In this document: positions 25,301 through 34,945 of the stretch, piece after piece
Layout of the letters: each line of letters opens with the position of its first letter
Numbering within the stretch: the first letter of the stretch is position 1
Origin: Seison nebaliae
Lineage: Eukaryota
Direction: 5' to 3'
DNA: 34,945 nucleotides
Assembly: GCA_023231475.1 (NCBI GenBank)
Contig: JALJEE010000444.1
Coordinates: 1 to 34,945, forward strand
Notes under the pieces: generated by a model
Told to the model about the DNA's origin: nothing
The model's database searches: none
Seen by the model: only the letters and a program-made list of their open reading frames with translations
Translations under genes and position numbers: made by a program

Positions 25301-25424
25301 ACATATTTCTATGAGAGAAGTAGATAAATTCAACAAGTGAGCAGTCTAGTGATGAACCTGCTATAACCAAAAATGGTATTGACAAGTAGATGAAGGTAAA
25401 CAACGTTTGTCTAATAATAATCAT
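22357..25424 (-). CDS. Secreted protein: signal peptide + 9 Sushi/CCP modules + 2 C-terminal fibronectin type II domains, 11 exons
   Basis: Signal peptide MIIIRQTLFTFIYLSIPFLVIA; nine 4-Cys CCP modules; all 10 introns phase 1 and in frame. Last exons encode CTFPFTVNGKEYSQCITKKSRRPWCSRSEIYSGIEDNVRC (22676-22557) and CVFPFKYKGVEYGACTMEDSDSLWCSTNYEFVSAEWMYC-stop (22476-22357). Confidence 0.88.
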
Positions 25425-26075
25425 CAGAAGATGTTAATAGGTAGACCGGAAGAATAAGTAGTTCTAATATGTTCTAATGAACAAAGATGTAAAAGTTTAG
25501 ACGAGACGTAAATGGAAATAATGTCAACTAAACTCCTCTTCAAATTATTATATTCCAAATGGTTCCTTAATGGATTTCGAATGGTTATTTTTTTTTTGTT
25601 AAAGTCAAATCATTGCTCTCTGATTGATACTTCCACATTCCACATAGGTCACAAGATGTATAACATTAAAAATAATTGATAGAAATATATCATTCTCTAC
25701 ATCTTGCTAGTTCCATGAACAAATTAAGTGTTAATAAGAAACTTAATGAAGAAATGATTCCTGAAATCACCTTCACGTCTGACGTATTATTTGTTCATGT
25801 TACGTATATACACTTGATTTTCAGGTTTTTGTTGATCAACAAAAATTAGATAATCTCAATTTTCTTTTCACTTCTTTTCCTTCATAATGAAACGTTAATT
25901 TATTTTTTTTTTTGGATTTTTTCTTAAAAACTAATTATTTGTTTAATTTACAGTGTCAACCGTTTTATGATTTGTTCAAATTCAGCCATTATAAATGATT
26001 TCCAATGACCAAAATTAATATTTTTGACATTTAACTGTTTTCAAATTGAAAAAAAAACAGAATTATCTAATATTA

Positions 26076-27607
26076 ATGCGATCCATTCGACACGTTACAT
26101 AATATGAAAAATGATTTTTTTTGAATTCAAAAAACATTAATTGTTTCAATTATCAGACCGTTAGTAACCACAGCGGAATACGAGCAGAAGTATGTTTATT
26201 TGCAGAAATAGAAATTGAACGAACAATTTCCTTTCGCAATTAGTTTTTTTTCCATATAATTTAATTTTTCAGTTTGAAAGTGGTTATGAAATGGAAGAGA
26301 TTTATCAACCACTTCCATTAGTTCTCATTAGACTGTTATACTCCAACTGTTTTGGGGATTATTGTTCATTTTTAAAAAGTTTGTTTCGTCCATTAATTAA
26401 TCATTAGATTTCATTGATGATAACTTGAGGAAGCAACCGTGCAATAAGCCTTATCGTGCACATCTGTCACTACATCAAATGCATTGCTTGGTATGAATTA
26501 TTATTCCCTATTCGTTTTTATTTCTTTTTCCATCCTCTCATTCATTCAGATAATTAGAGATACAATTTCGAGTTTATTTTTTTTAAATAAAATTATTTCA
26601 ATTTTATAATATAGATCCTTCAAAGTTCAGAAAAATCATATGGAACTATCAACAGACTTATTCGGAAGATGCAAAAGAACCCTTCTTCTCATTTTATACA
26701 CGTGAGCGACATATTAGCATTTTAGCCAGAGGGTTTTTTAGAATGGACCTTAAAATTAATTTTTGAATTTCAAATTAATTTCTTTAGATTAGAACAGAAA
26801 TATGTGTACAGAACTATGACAAATATGAAAGTGCAAACTAAAATTGCTGCATTCTGCCAATACGAATATATTATCCGCGATTTCTATTTTCTATTCGAAG
26901 TAACGTCACCTCATATCCCGACAAAAGGTGATCAACCGATTATTGATTTATGTGAGTTTTATAGCGATCTAAAAGTGCCATTATTTCTTGTCAGTAAAAT
27001 AGAAATTATAAAAATTTAAAATAGGATTCCAAATTTCATGTAAGATCACCATTGACATTTGTTAGTTGGAAAATGATAAACGCGACACATGAAAACGAGA
27101 ATTCCTTGAAATGTTTAGGGATAGTCACAGTGAAATTTAAAGTTGGATCATTTCCAATTGAGTCTCATAAATATTTTATAGATTTTTTCCGAATTCGAAA
27201 AAGATCAGATATCGCCCATGAATTTAATTTCAATAACTTTACCTAAAAATAATTTCAAATTAATTTATATCGATGACGGTTCGTATTCGATGATAATATT
27301 ATTCAACTTTTTTTTTGAACATTGATTCATTCGATTTTATGTTTTTCGAATAGAAATTCCGAACAATGAGAAAGAAGAACAATCGAATGATGTGCAATAT
27401 CTTATTTTTGCCTTCTTTCTAACACTATTCATATTTCATCTCATTCACTTCTACGATATTTATTGTACGAAGGAGAAGAAGGTGAGACTCTCACTAAAAT
27501 TCATTGAAAGTGACTCAACAATGACCACAACGAAAAAAGAGGAAACTATTGTCACAAAAAAAACTCGAGTGGAATTTATCAGTGCCAGTACCGAACAAAT
27601 AGTTTGA
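26076..27607 (+). CDS. Uncharacterised multi-exon protein with a hydrophobic segment near the C-terminus; 5' end uncertain
   Basis: About 10 short exons chain in phase through GT-AG introns, including a 22-nt microexon 26550-26571, and incorporate ORFs 26804, 27052 and 27392. TM-like YLIFAFFLTLFIFHLIHFY. No family recognised. Confidence 0.5.
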
Positions 27608-27774
27608 AGATGAAAAAATATGAAATATTTTGATGAATTAAGAGATTTTAATTGGAAAGTTGAAAAATTGCTTTAGCGAATAAAGATCCAAACTAAATCA
27701 ATGTCTCTTATTTATTTGATTGCGACTAATTACTTTTAATTTGTATTTCTTTTATGTTATTTTCAATGTGAATT

Positions 27775-28487
27775 ATGTTAGTCTCCATCCTTACCGAGAT
27801 TCATGAACTTCTCTTAAAAATTGAGAATTTTATTCCTTGTTAAAATTCTTTCATTCTTTCCGAATTCGATCATAAAACTTTTTAGATAGAAGGAAAAATG
27901 TCGTTCTCATATCGAAGATCTTATTTTATATTCTCTCCACAATTGTCATGTTGTGGCTGATCACCGAGCCGATTGATGTTGATGATGAATCACCAACTCT
28001 CATATCGTCTTCAATCTTCTCTTATATGACTACGATAAGGACAGGAATAAAAATTTGTTTTATTAACTTGATCGCTATGGCATTAATTTATACGATCGAT
28101 AATGGAATGGCAATAATCATCTCGACTATAATACCAATCCATTATTTGACGATTCATATCATTAATTTGTTGGTAATTTCAAACGAAATATTTTTGCAAA
28201 AACAAAAGGAGAATCCTATGACCGGTTTCAACTTATTACTCTATCTCGCTACGAATATATCGATCGCATTAATCAATTTACTTGGAGGAACTGTAATCGA
28301 GCCGATTTATTTGGAAATGATGGAAACGAAAAGAGGTTTCCGTCAATCCGGTTCTGTTGATTGTTATTCCACTACACCACTCAGATCGACGAGATTATAT
28401 GAATCATTAACGATGAAATTATCAAATATTTATTATTCCATGATCTCTATCGAATTAAGTTCGCTAATTTTATGTATTCCTACATAA
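27775..28487 (+). CDS. Multi-pass membrane protein, C-terminal half reminiscent of TMEM205/DUF4149; 2 exons (intron 27839-27885)
   Basis: A phase-1 intron extends ORF 27948 to ATG 27775; several hydrophobic helices; LINLLGGTVIEP...M...YESLTMKL pattern. Family call is tentative. Confidence 0.5.
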
Positions 28488-28634
28488 AATTTAAATAAAA
28501 TTGTCCGTTTGTCTCAAATAGAAGAAAGTGAAGATTCAAAATAATTCAAAATAATTCCAAATTTAATTAAGATATTTCGAAGTTTATTCAAAGGAATTAA
28601 AGAAATGAAAATAAATAGAAGAAAAAAGAAAGTA

Positions 28635-29129
28635 TTATTTGGCTAAAGCATTCCGTAATGCATTTCGATTTCTTCCGGTGAAAATGAAATTATAATAATA
28701 ATATGACGTTTGAACATATTCCGGATGGATAGTAGTGATATGTCTCTTGAGATTATTTCGTCGATTCGACGAATATGTACATTTCGGACAATGGAAAAGT
28801 TTCTTAATCGTCGAATTAATTGTTTTTGATTGGCGCGAATTCTTCACCGTTAAACAACTAATTGTTGTCGTTTTATAATTATTTTGATTTGGTATCTCTT
28901 TCGAATGTCGATTAGTTGTTGACGTTCTCTTTAGAAGATTATCGATATTCAACATATTCGTCTTCGTTTTCATTTGCTCTTGATTTTGTATCAAATATCT
29001 TAAATGAACGCGATGAATCATCTGATAATATTGACTTGCGCACAATTCAGCGCAATGACTTCTCCAACAATTATTTTTCGCTTTCTCCATCACATCCTCC
29101 AAACCACGAAAACATGAAAACTGTATCAT
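28635..29129 (-). CDS. C2H2 zinc-finger ORF, probably the 3' part of a longer BTB-ZF-like gene whose 5' part (to ~29610) is frame-disrupted
   Basis: FHCPKCTYSSNRRNNLKRHITTIH is a canonical C2H2 finger; upstream BTB-like fragments are scattered over different frames. Confidence 0.6.
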   Translation of the reverse strand: MIQFSCFRGLEDVMEKAKNNCWRSHCAELCASQYYQMIHRVHLRYLIQNQEQMKTKTNMLNIDNLLKRTSTTNRHSKEIPNQNNYKTTTISCLTVKNSRQSKTINSTIKKLFHCPKCTYSSNRRNNLKRHITTIHPEYVQTSYYYYNFIFTGRNRNALRNALAK

Positions 29130-29896
29130 AATTCCTCGAAAATTATCTCTGACGAATGACTTTCAGTTTGATCATTTATTGGAAAAGTTGAAGTTAAAGA
29201 AAGTTTTTATTCGTCTAACTAGATCTCATACTTGTTTAATAAAGCGATTGTCAAAGAAAGAACGAATTAAATATCTTGTCATTTATGCAGTCCAATATTT
29301 ATGAGACGAATAGTCGAACGCCAAGATCTCATTAACCGATCCGAATGAAGATATTTTTACGATAATTATATTAAAGTGAATCACTCAAAATATTTCATAG
29401 TTCACCATCGACACCATCACATTCTGCCAATTCACTTGAAATACAATTCTTGAGAGACATGCGACTTGATCGAATAATTTTCATTATTATAATTGTCTTA
29501 ATGGAAATAAGTATGGTAACATAGATTAGAACGACAACGATTTCATGATAATCGTCTGAAATCATTTTTACAGTTCCATTTCAAAGCAATTAAATCATTT
29601 GCCATCCTCCATCTCAGAATATCTCTTGAAAAATTGTCCGTTTAACATTTTAAAATTATTTCGCGGAATTTATCAGATTGATAATATCAAAAATGTAATT
29701 TCTATTCATATCATTTCAGCGAATGAAGAATACTCAAATAAAGTTGAATGAAAATGAAAAAATACAGAAAAAAATTTATTTGAAAAGAAACTTTTTGAAA
29801 AAATTTTCAACATCATCTTTTTTAATTTTAAGAGAATTTATCAGAAGTTATGAATTGAGAAGTCCATTAGAATATGTTCTTCGTATTCGAAATAAA

Positions 29897-31413
29897 TCAG
29901 TTGATATATTCTACACCGCAACTGGCTGATGATGGAAAGATTAACTCACTTTTGTCAATATCACAAAATCCATATTTGTTATAAAACGACTTCCAAATAT
30001 TATTTATAAATTCTTCAACATCTCCAGCTTCTACCATGACAATACAACATCCACCCCAACCGGCACCAGTAAGACGAGCTCCATAAACTCCTTTCTGAGT
30101 CTTTGCGAGTTCAACTAATTCGTTCAATTGTTCACAACTACAATCATAAAGTTCGTCACAACTTTTATGACTTTCCTTCATTAAATTTCCTAATTTAATT
30201 TTAGTTTTCTCAATATCTTTCTCATCAGATTCGTTGCAAATCTTTACGAATTCCTGTACACGTAATGCTTCAGTGTAAACGTGAAGGATACGTTTTAGCA
30301 TTATCACATCTTTTCCCTCCATCTCCTTTAACACCATCTTAATCTTTACAATAATTTCTCCTAATGATATATTCATATTGTCTTGAAGTTCACGAGGCAT
30401 CGATTTTTCATTTTGAACTGAACCTTTAAATTTTTTAGCTAAAAACTTTTAAATTCTTTTCAAAAACTGATGAAAATTGAAAATAATAACTTGGACAGCT
30501 GATCGACATTCCTTAACTCGAATATTATAATTATCAGTAGCTGCTTTAGCTGCCGTCACCGTCGAATGACAAACAATAAACTTTATTGTTTCACTTGGTA
30601 ATTCTATCGGTTCTACTTTCAGTTTCGGTTTAAATGAAACTTGAAGTATCTTGAAAAAGAAGCAAATTAAATTCCGGAAATATTTTTTAAATTTCAGAAA
30701 CTTTATTCTTTTCTCCTAAACAGCAAACGGTTTGATCCATTCCTCCACCTTCTACCCCGATTAATCGTTCACAACGAATACATAATTCAGCGATTTTCAA
30801 CTTCAGAAAATATGAACAACAAAAATTTTAAATTTCCAACTTTCTCAATTTCTTCTTTTTCATATTGTTTTAAAAGAGCTGCTGTACATCCAACGATGAA
30901 CGCACTTGAACTCGATAATCCAGCGGCTGGTTGTAACGTCGAATGTATCAGAATATTACAACCATGATTCAACTCACCGGAAATTTCTCGTAGAGCTGAA
31001 TAAGCACAAAAAAAGTATTGTTTCCAATCAGAACCGGTGATTTCAATTTTGTCTGTTATATGAAATTGGAATTTTCTATAAATTAACAAAAAACGATTCT
31101 TTAATTAAAATCAAAAAATTTACTTGTATTTTGAACTATTTACATTTTGCACTGTGATAATATCATTCGAAGTGGCTCCGATCAGAACATATATACTTTG
31201 CTCAATGGCCATAGGTAAGACATCGTAGCCACAATAATCGATATGTTCCCCTAACAATGAAAATTCAATTTTAATTATTTATTCAATCGATCGTTAAAAA
31301 TCGTTAAATAAACCAATGATATTTATTCGACCCGGTGCACGTACAATGTGTTGTGGTAAATCTCCACAAAATACTTTTGAAAATTCTCTCCGTAGTTTAT
31401 CGACGTCATACAT
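29897..31413 (-). CDS. GALK2: N-acetylgalactosamine kinase / galactokinase 2 (GHMP kinase), 6 exons
   Basis: [87 protein letters not shown]; five in-phase GT-AG introns. Confidence 0.93.
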
Positions 31414-31865
31414 AGTTTATTTTGAAAGAAATATTTTAAAAGAATGTGAAAAGCAATTAATTTGAATTGATTTTATACGTATTGTTGGCGAACTGCATAA
31501 AGAGAGGAAATATGGGAGAGCAAAGAAATTGAAGAAATGACTTTTCTACGTTACGTGTATACTTCTTGCCACGTCATTTTTATTAAAAGAAAATCATATT
31601 TTTCGATTGAACTCCTACGAAAGACGACAACATCCTTGAAAGGTTTAACTTGAAAATTATCATTCTTTTAATCTAAAAGTTTTCATTCAAATTACACACA
31701 TAGATTTATTCAGGAATGAATTTTTTGAAAAGAATTATATAAAGAATTGATTAGAATTTTTATAACGAACTATATAAGAATTTTCTTGAATTATTTTTAT
31801 TGAAAAATTTGAAAAAAAACGAAGAAATTATAAAATAACGAAATTTGAGAACAAGATAATTTAAT

Positions 31866-32843
31866 TTATTGAAACATTACTAATTTGAGGAAAACGGTAC
31901 GAAATCGTTTCGATGATAAGAGAATGAAAAATGATTTACCGAAATTTAACAGATAGATGGTTGAAGTGATTATTATTCCACAATACAATTCCGATGATTC
32001 TTTGAGAATGGTTGAACACGTCATTAATATCATATATGGAATAGCAAATATTATACTCACGACGCCATGAGCAATGACAATTATGGTTGAGAATCGTACA
32101 TTCGTTTCGTTATTTTGATTATCTGTTATTGGTATTGGATTAACATTTAAGTTGTTCTTTTTCATGTTGAACACGATTAAAGTACAACATGCAACAAGTG
32201 ATAACATTGGAAATAAAACATATATAACGGTTGAATTAATTTGATCTTCTACGGAGACACACCACACAAGTTTTGCTGATCTCACCGGTTCCAATTTCAA
32301 ATTGAAGGGAACAACGAAAAAACTGCAAATGATTAATTCTGTTAAAACATAAACTTCGAATCTTTTCATGAACAATTTTGCGTATGTTCTCAAAAAGAAA
32401 TTTGGTGTACGGAGTAATTTTATTGTGCGGAAGATGCACATGGAAATATTCATCATGAAACTGAATAAGGGACCAAGTGTTTTTAAAACGCCGATGACGA
32501 TGCAAAACCATTTCAATTGACGTTGATTGAATTTGAAATTAGCCACTATCACATTATTATAATATGGAATAAGAAATATTGAATCGACAACGCAGATTCC
32601 GATTCCATATTTAAAAGTAATTATGTGAGTAACTTTCGCTTTTCTGATGATGAAAATTGATAAGATGTTCAATATAATGAGCAGTACTATTAAAATACTA
32701 TTCATGTAATAACCGGCTAAGTTATGGCAATGAAGAATATACTGATATTCCGATTTCAACATTTCGAGAAGATCGTAGAAGAAAAAAATAGAAACGATTC
32801 TAAATCGTTTAACATCTCGCACTTGATAATATTTCATGGACAT
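31866..32843 (-). CDS. Intronless divergent rhodopsin-like 7TM receptor (start may be a downstream ATG)
   Basis: Seven hydrophobic segments, TM1 Asn (ILNIL), TM2 Asp (VVDSI), Cys at the top of TM3 and in ECL2, FRT at the DRY position, helix-8 KRFR. Confidence 0.75.
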   Translation of the reverse strand: MSMKYYQVRDVKRFRIVSIFFFYDLLEMLKSEYQYILHCHNLAGYYMNSILIVLLIILNILSIFIIRKAKVTHIITFKYGIGICVVDSIFLIPYYNNVIVANFKFNQRQLKWFCIVIGVLKTLGPLFSFMMNISMCIFRTIKLLRTPNFFLRTYAKLFMKRFEVYVLTELIICSFFVVPFNLKLEPVRSAKLVWCVSVEDQINSTVIYVLFPMLSLVACCTLIVFNMKKNNLNVNPIPITDNQNNETNVRFSTIIVIAHGVVSIIFAIPYMILMTCSTILKESSELYCGIIITSTIYLLNFGKSFFILLSSKRFRTVFLKLVMFQ

Positions 32844-33267
32844 AACATTTTCATTAAGCTGTTATCTTTATGATTTTGAAGAATATGTTGGGAATCTTTT
32901 AATTTTGTCATTAATCAGAACATAGAGATACTTTTACACCAAAAATGTATTACTATCGCTTCCAATTTTTTCTTCGTTCCATTTCTACTTCGACACAATC
33001 CAGATGTAGCTTAAGATTTTTTCCATTATCATAATTAAGTCACTTAAGTGTCAAAAATCATCAGAATGAATGACGCAATTATTCGTTTTCTCCGACGTTT
33101 CTCATTTTTTGAGCCTTCTAATTCGAAAAGTTCCTTTATAGACGAATGAAATTAATTAATCAATTTCATCATCGCATAATCGATTTATTTAACCTTCTAA
33201 ATTTAGTCAAAGGAAAACTGATGATGGAGCAGAAATTTAGAATAACTTTTTCTAGTCGAATACAACT

Positions 33268-34164
33268 TCAACATTTTGAATATTGAAAATTGAATTTTGA
33301 AATAAAACATTTCCAGAATTGTGGATAGGTCAACATTACGAGAAACATTTGCCCCAAATTCATTATGAAGAGAGTTCGTGAGATTATCACAATTATTGTT
33401 ACGTGTAACATTTCGAAATTGAATGGAACAAATATACATATGATAACAAGATAAGAATATTTAAATAATATTTCTGAGGAAACGGTCGTCACTATGATTA
33501 ATTTTGCTTTGCTAATGCGTCTTACGACTCTTTTCCGAATCATCAAGTTTTCACAACTCAACCGTTGCTTCATCTTCCCAATATGATTGTGGAGTATAAT
33601 TGCGGAAATGATCAATGTCACCAAATAGAGACATATTTCCAATGCCGGAACCAATAAACTTATTTTTGGAACTTTTAAGGAACATGAAGAATAATGTGTT
33701 ATTTCAGCAGATAGAATATAAAACAACGCGTTGAGGAAAGATGTAACAACCAAAATGATAATTACCCAGGAAATTTTAATTTTCATAAACATATTTTTTG
33801 GTGAATAATTGATAACTTTCACGGTGCGATGAATATATAATATGATGTTTAATGACAAATTTACTGTCATGAAAAAGAGACGACTTGAAATGACTAAATA
33901 ACAAATATAAATCCAATATCTTTCATCAATTTGTACGGATTGAGGCAACGAACCAAAATAACTGATAATCGTCATTATATTAACGATGCAGAGAAGTACA
34001 GGATATTGGTATATTTTTTGTTTGTGCAATTTACCTGTGATGATAATCAAGATTGTTATTAGATTGAATAAAATTCCAATAATTGAAATTATCGGATTGA
34101 TATATCCGTTGTAAGTTTCATATATTACAATTGATAAATGTTCGGTCTTATTTTTATATTCCAT
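33268..34164 (-). CDS. Intronless divergent rhodopsin-like 7TM receptor, probable tandem paralogue
   Basis: IIGILFNLITI (TM1), YICY (TM3 Cys), HRT at the DRY position, ECL2 Cys, NLGQMF...PQFW (TM7/helix 8), N-terminal NKT sequon. Confidence 0.78.
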   Translation of the reverse strand: MEYKNKTEHLSIVIYETYNGYINPIISIIGILFNLITILIIITGKLHKQKIYQYPVLLCIVNIMTIISYFGSLPQSVQIDERYWIYICYLVISSRLFFMTVNLSLNIILYIHRTVKVINYSPKNMFMKIKISWVIIILVVTSFLNALFYILSAEITHYSSCSLKVPKISLLVPALEICLYLVTLIISAIILHNHIGKMKQRLSCENLMIRKRVVRRISKAKLIIVTTVSSEILFKYSYLVIICIFVPFNFEMLHVTIIVIISRTLFIMNLGQMFLVMLTYPQFWKCFISKFNFQYSKC

Positions 34165-34703
34165 AATTCCAATGAAAATCTGATGATAAATTTATATTAA
34201 TATTAGATCATTTTCTCATAATTATTCCTTTCACAATATCCATTTATGCCAACCAATCTCATATACATTTATGCTCTTCTATAAGTCTAATTCGGCTCAT
34301 TAATTTTATAAAACGTCATCTGTTACTCGAAGTCAAAAAAAAATTTTTCAACTGAATTCTCCATTAAATTTCTAATGATAATTCTCGTATAATTATGATA
34401 ATTAGAAGTTTTATCTGTAACATTATTTGTAAAAGCAACGGAAAGAATTAAAACACTCTGAAATATGAAACCAAATATGAATGATTGTTAAAGGAATCGT
34501 ACAACATTGTTAATATGTCGTATAACTAAATTTAAATATGTACTCAAATATTTTATCAGAATTGAACAACAATAAACATTAATGATAATCTTCGTCTTAA
34601 AACAGTTTTCATCACACAATTTTATCAAGTGGTGCTTTATTTTTTGATTATGTAAAATGGAGAAGCTAAAATACTCTACAAACTATTTCGTAGTGCTGTG
34701 ATT

Positions 34704-34945
34704 ATGATCCGTGAGTCCAAAGTGAAAAAACTCGAGTCCTCTATACATCATGGAAAAAAAAAATCCAGACATGATAATGGTGTATCTGACACCGTTAAAG
34801 GTAGAGAACGAAGACCATTTATTCGGACGAAGGCTATAATCATTAGGAATGTACTTCCCAATACGACTCTTGATATGGTGGCAAAATATCTGAACAATAG
34901 GAATTTACCCATTGTGGATTTATGGCGACTTCGTCGGAAAAATTT
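34704..34945 (+). other. Open frame running off the window end, RRM-like; possibly non-LTR retrotransposon ORF1
   Basis: MIRESKVKKLE...RTKAIIIRNVLPNTTLDMVAKYLNNRNLPIVDLWRLRRKN with no stop; beta-alpha-beta pattern like an RRM start. Confidence 0.35.

Noticed and set aside
1..34945. Stop-codon reassignment as the explanation for in-frame stops
   Set aside because: TAA (SLX1), TAG (Sushi-FN2) and TGA (SET, DPYS) all act as true terminators and intact genes have no internal stops; the disrupted patches also need frameshifts.
1..34945. Non-GT-AG introns
   Set aside because: Every intron I could place is GT-AG; the oddity is at +3/+5, not the terminal dinucleotides.

Overview
AT-rich, gene-dense eukaryotic (metazoan, probably invertebrate) nuclear DNA with the standard genetic code and mostly 40-90 nt GT-AG introns. 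No prokaryotic features, CRISPR, rRNA or tRNA were seen. Genes reconstructed by hand, in order: MULE transposase fragment, orphan 3-exon gene, SLX1, SET/NAP histone chaperone, threonyl-tRNA synthetase (9 exons), dihydropyrimidinase/CRMP with an antisense membrane-protein gene nested in intron 1, and a divergent Pins/LGN (TPR + 3 GoLoco) gene with a frame-disrupted middle exon. These are followed by a secreted 9xSushi + 2xFN2 protein, two uncharacterised membrane-protein genes, a C2H2 ORF with a degraded BTB-like 5' part, GALK2, two intronless divergent 7TM receptors and an ORF running off the end. The most striking signals are: (1) 25 of 28 confidently placed introns start GTT and only 7 have G at +5, an atypical splice-donor code; (2) the Sushi-FN2 architecture; (3) the nested gene; (4) local patches of multi-frameshifted coding sequence. 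All domain calls are from motif recognition by eye; no database searches were run.
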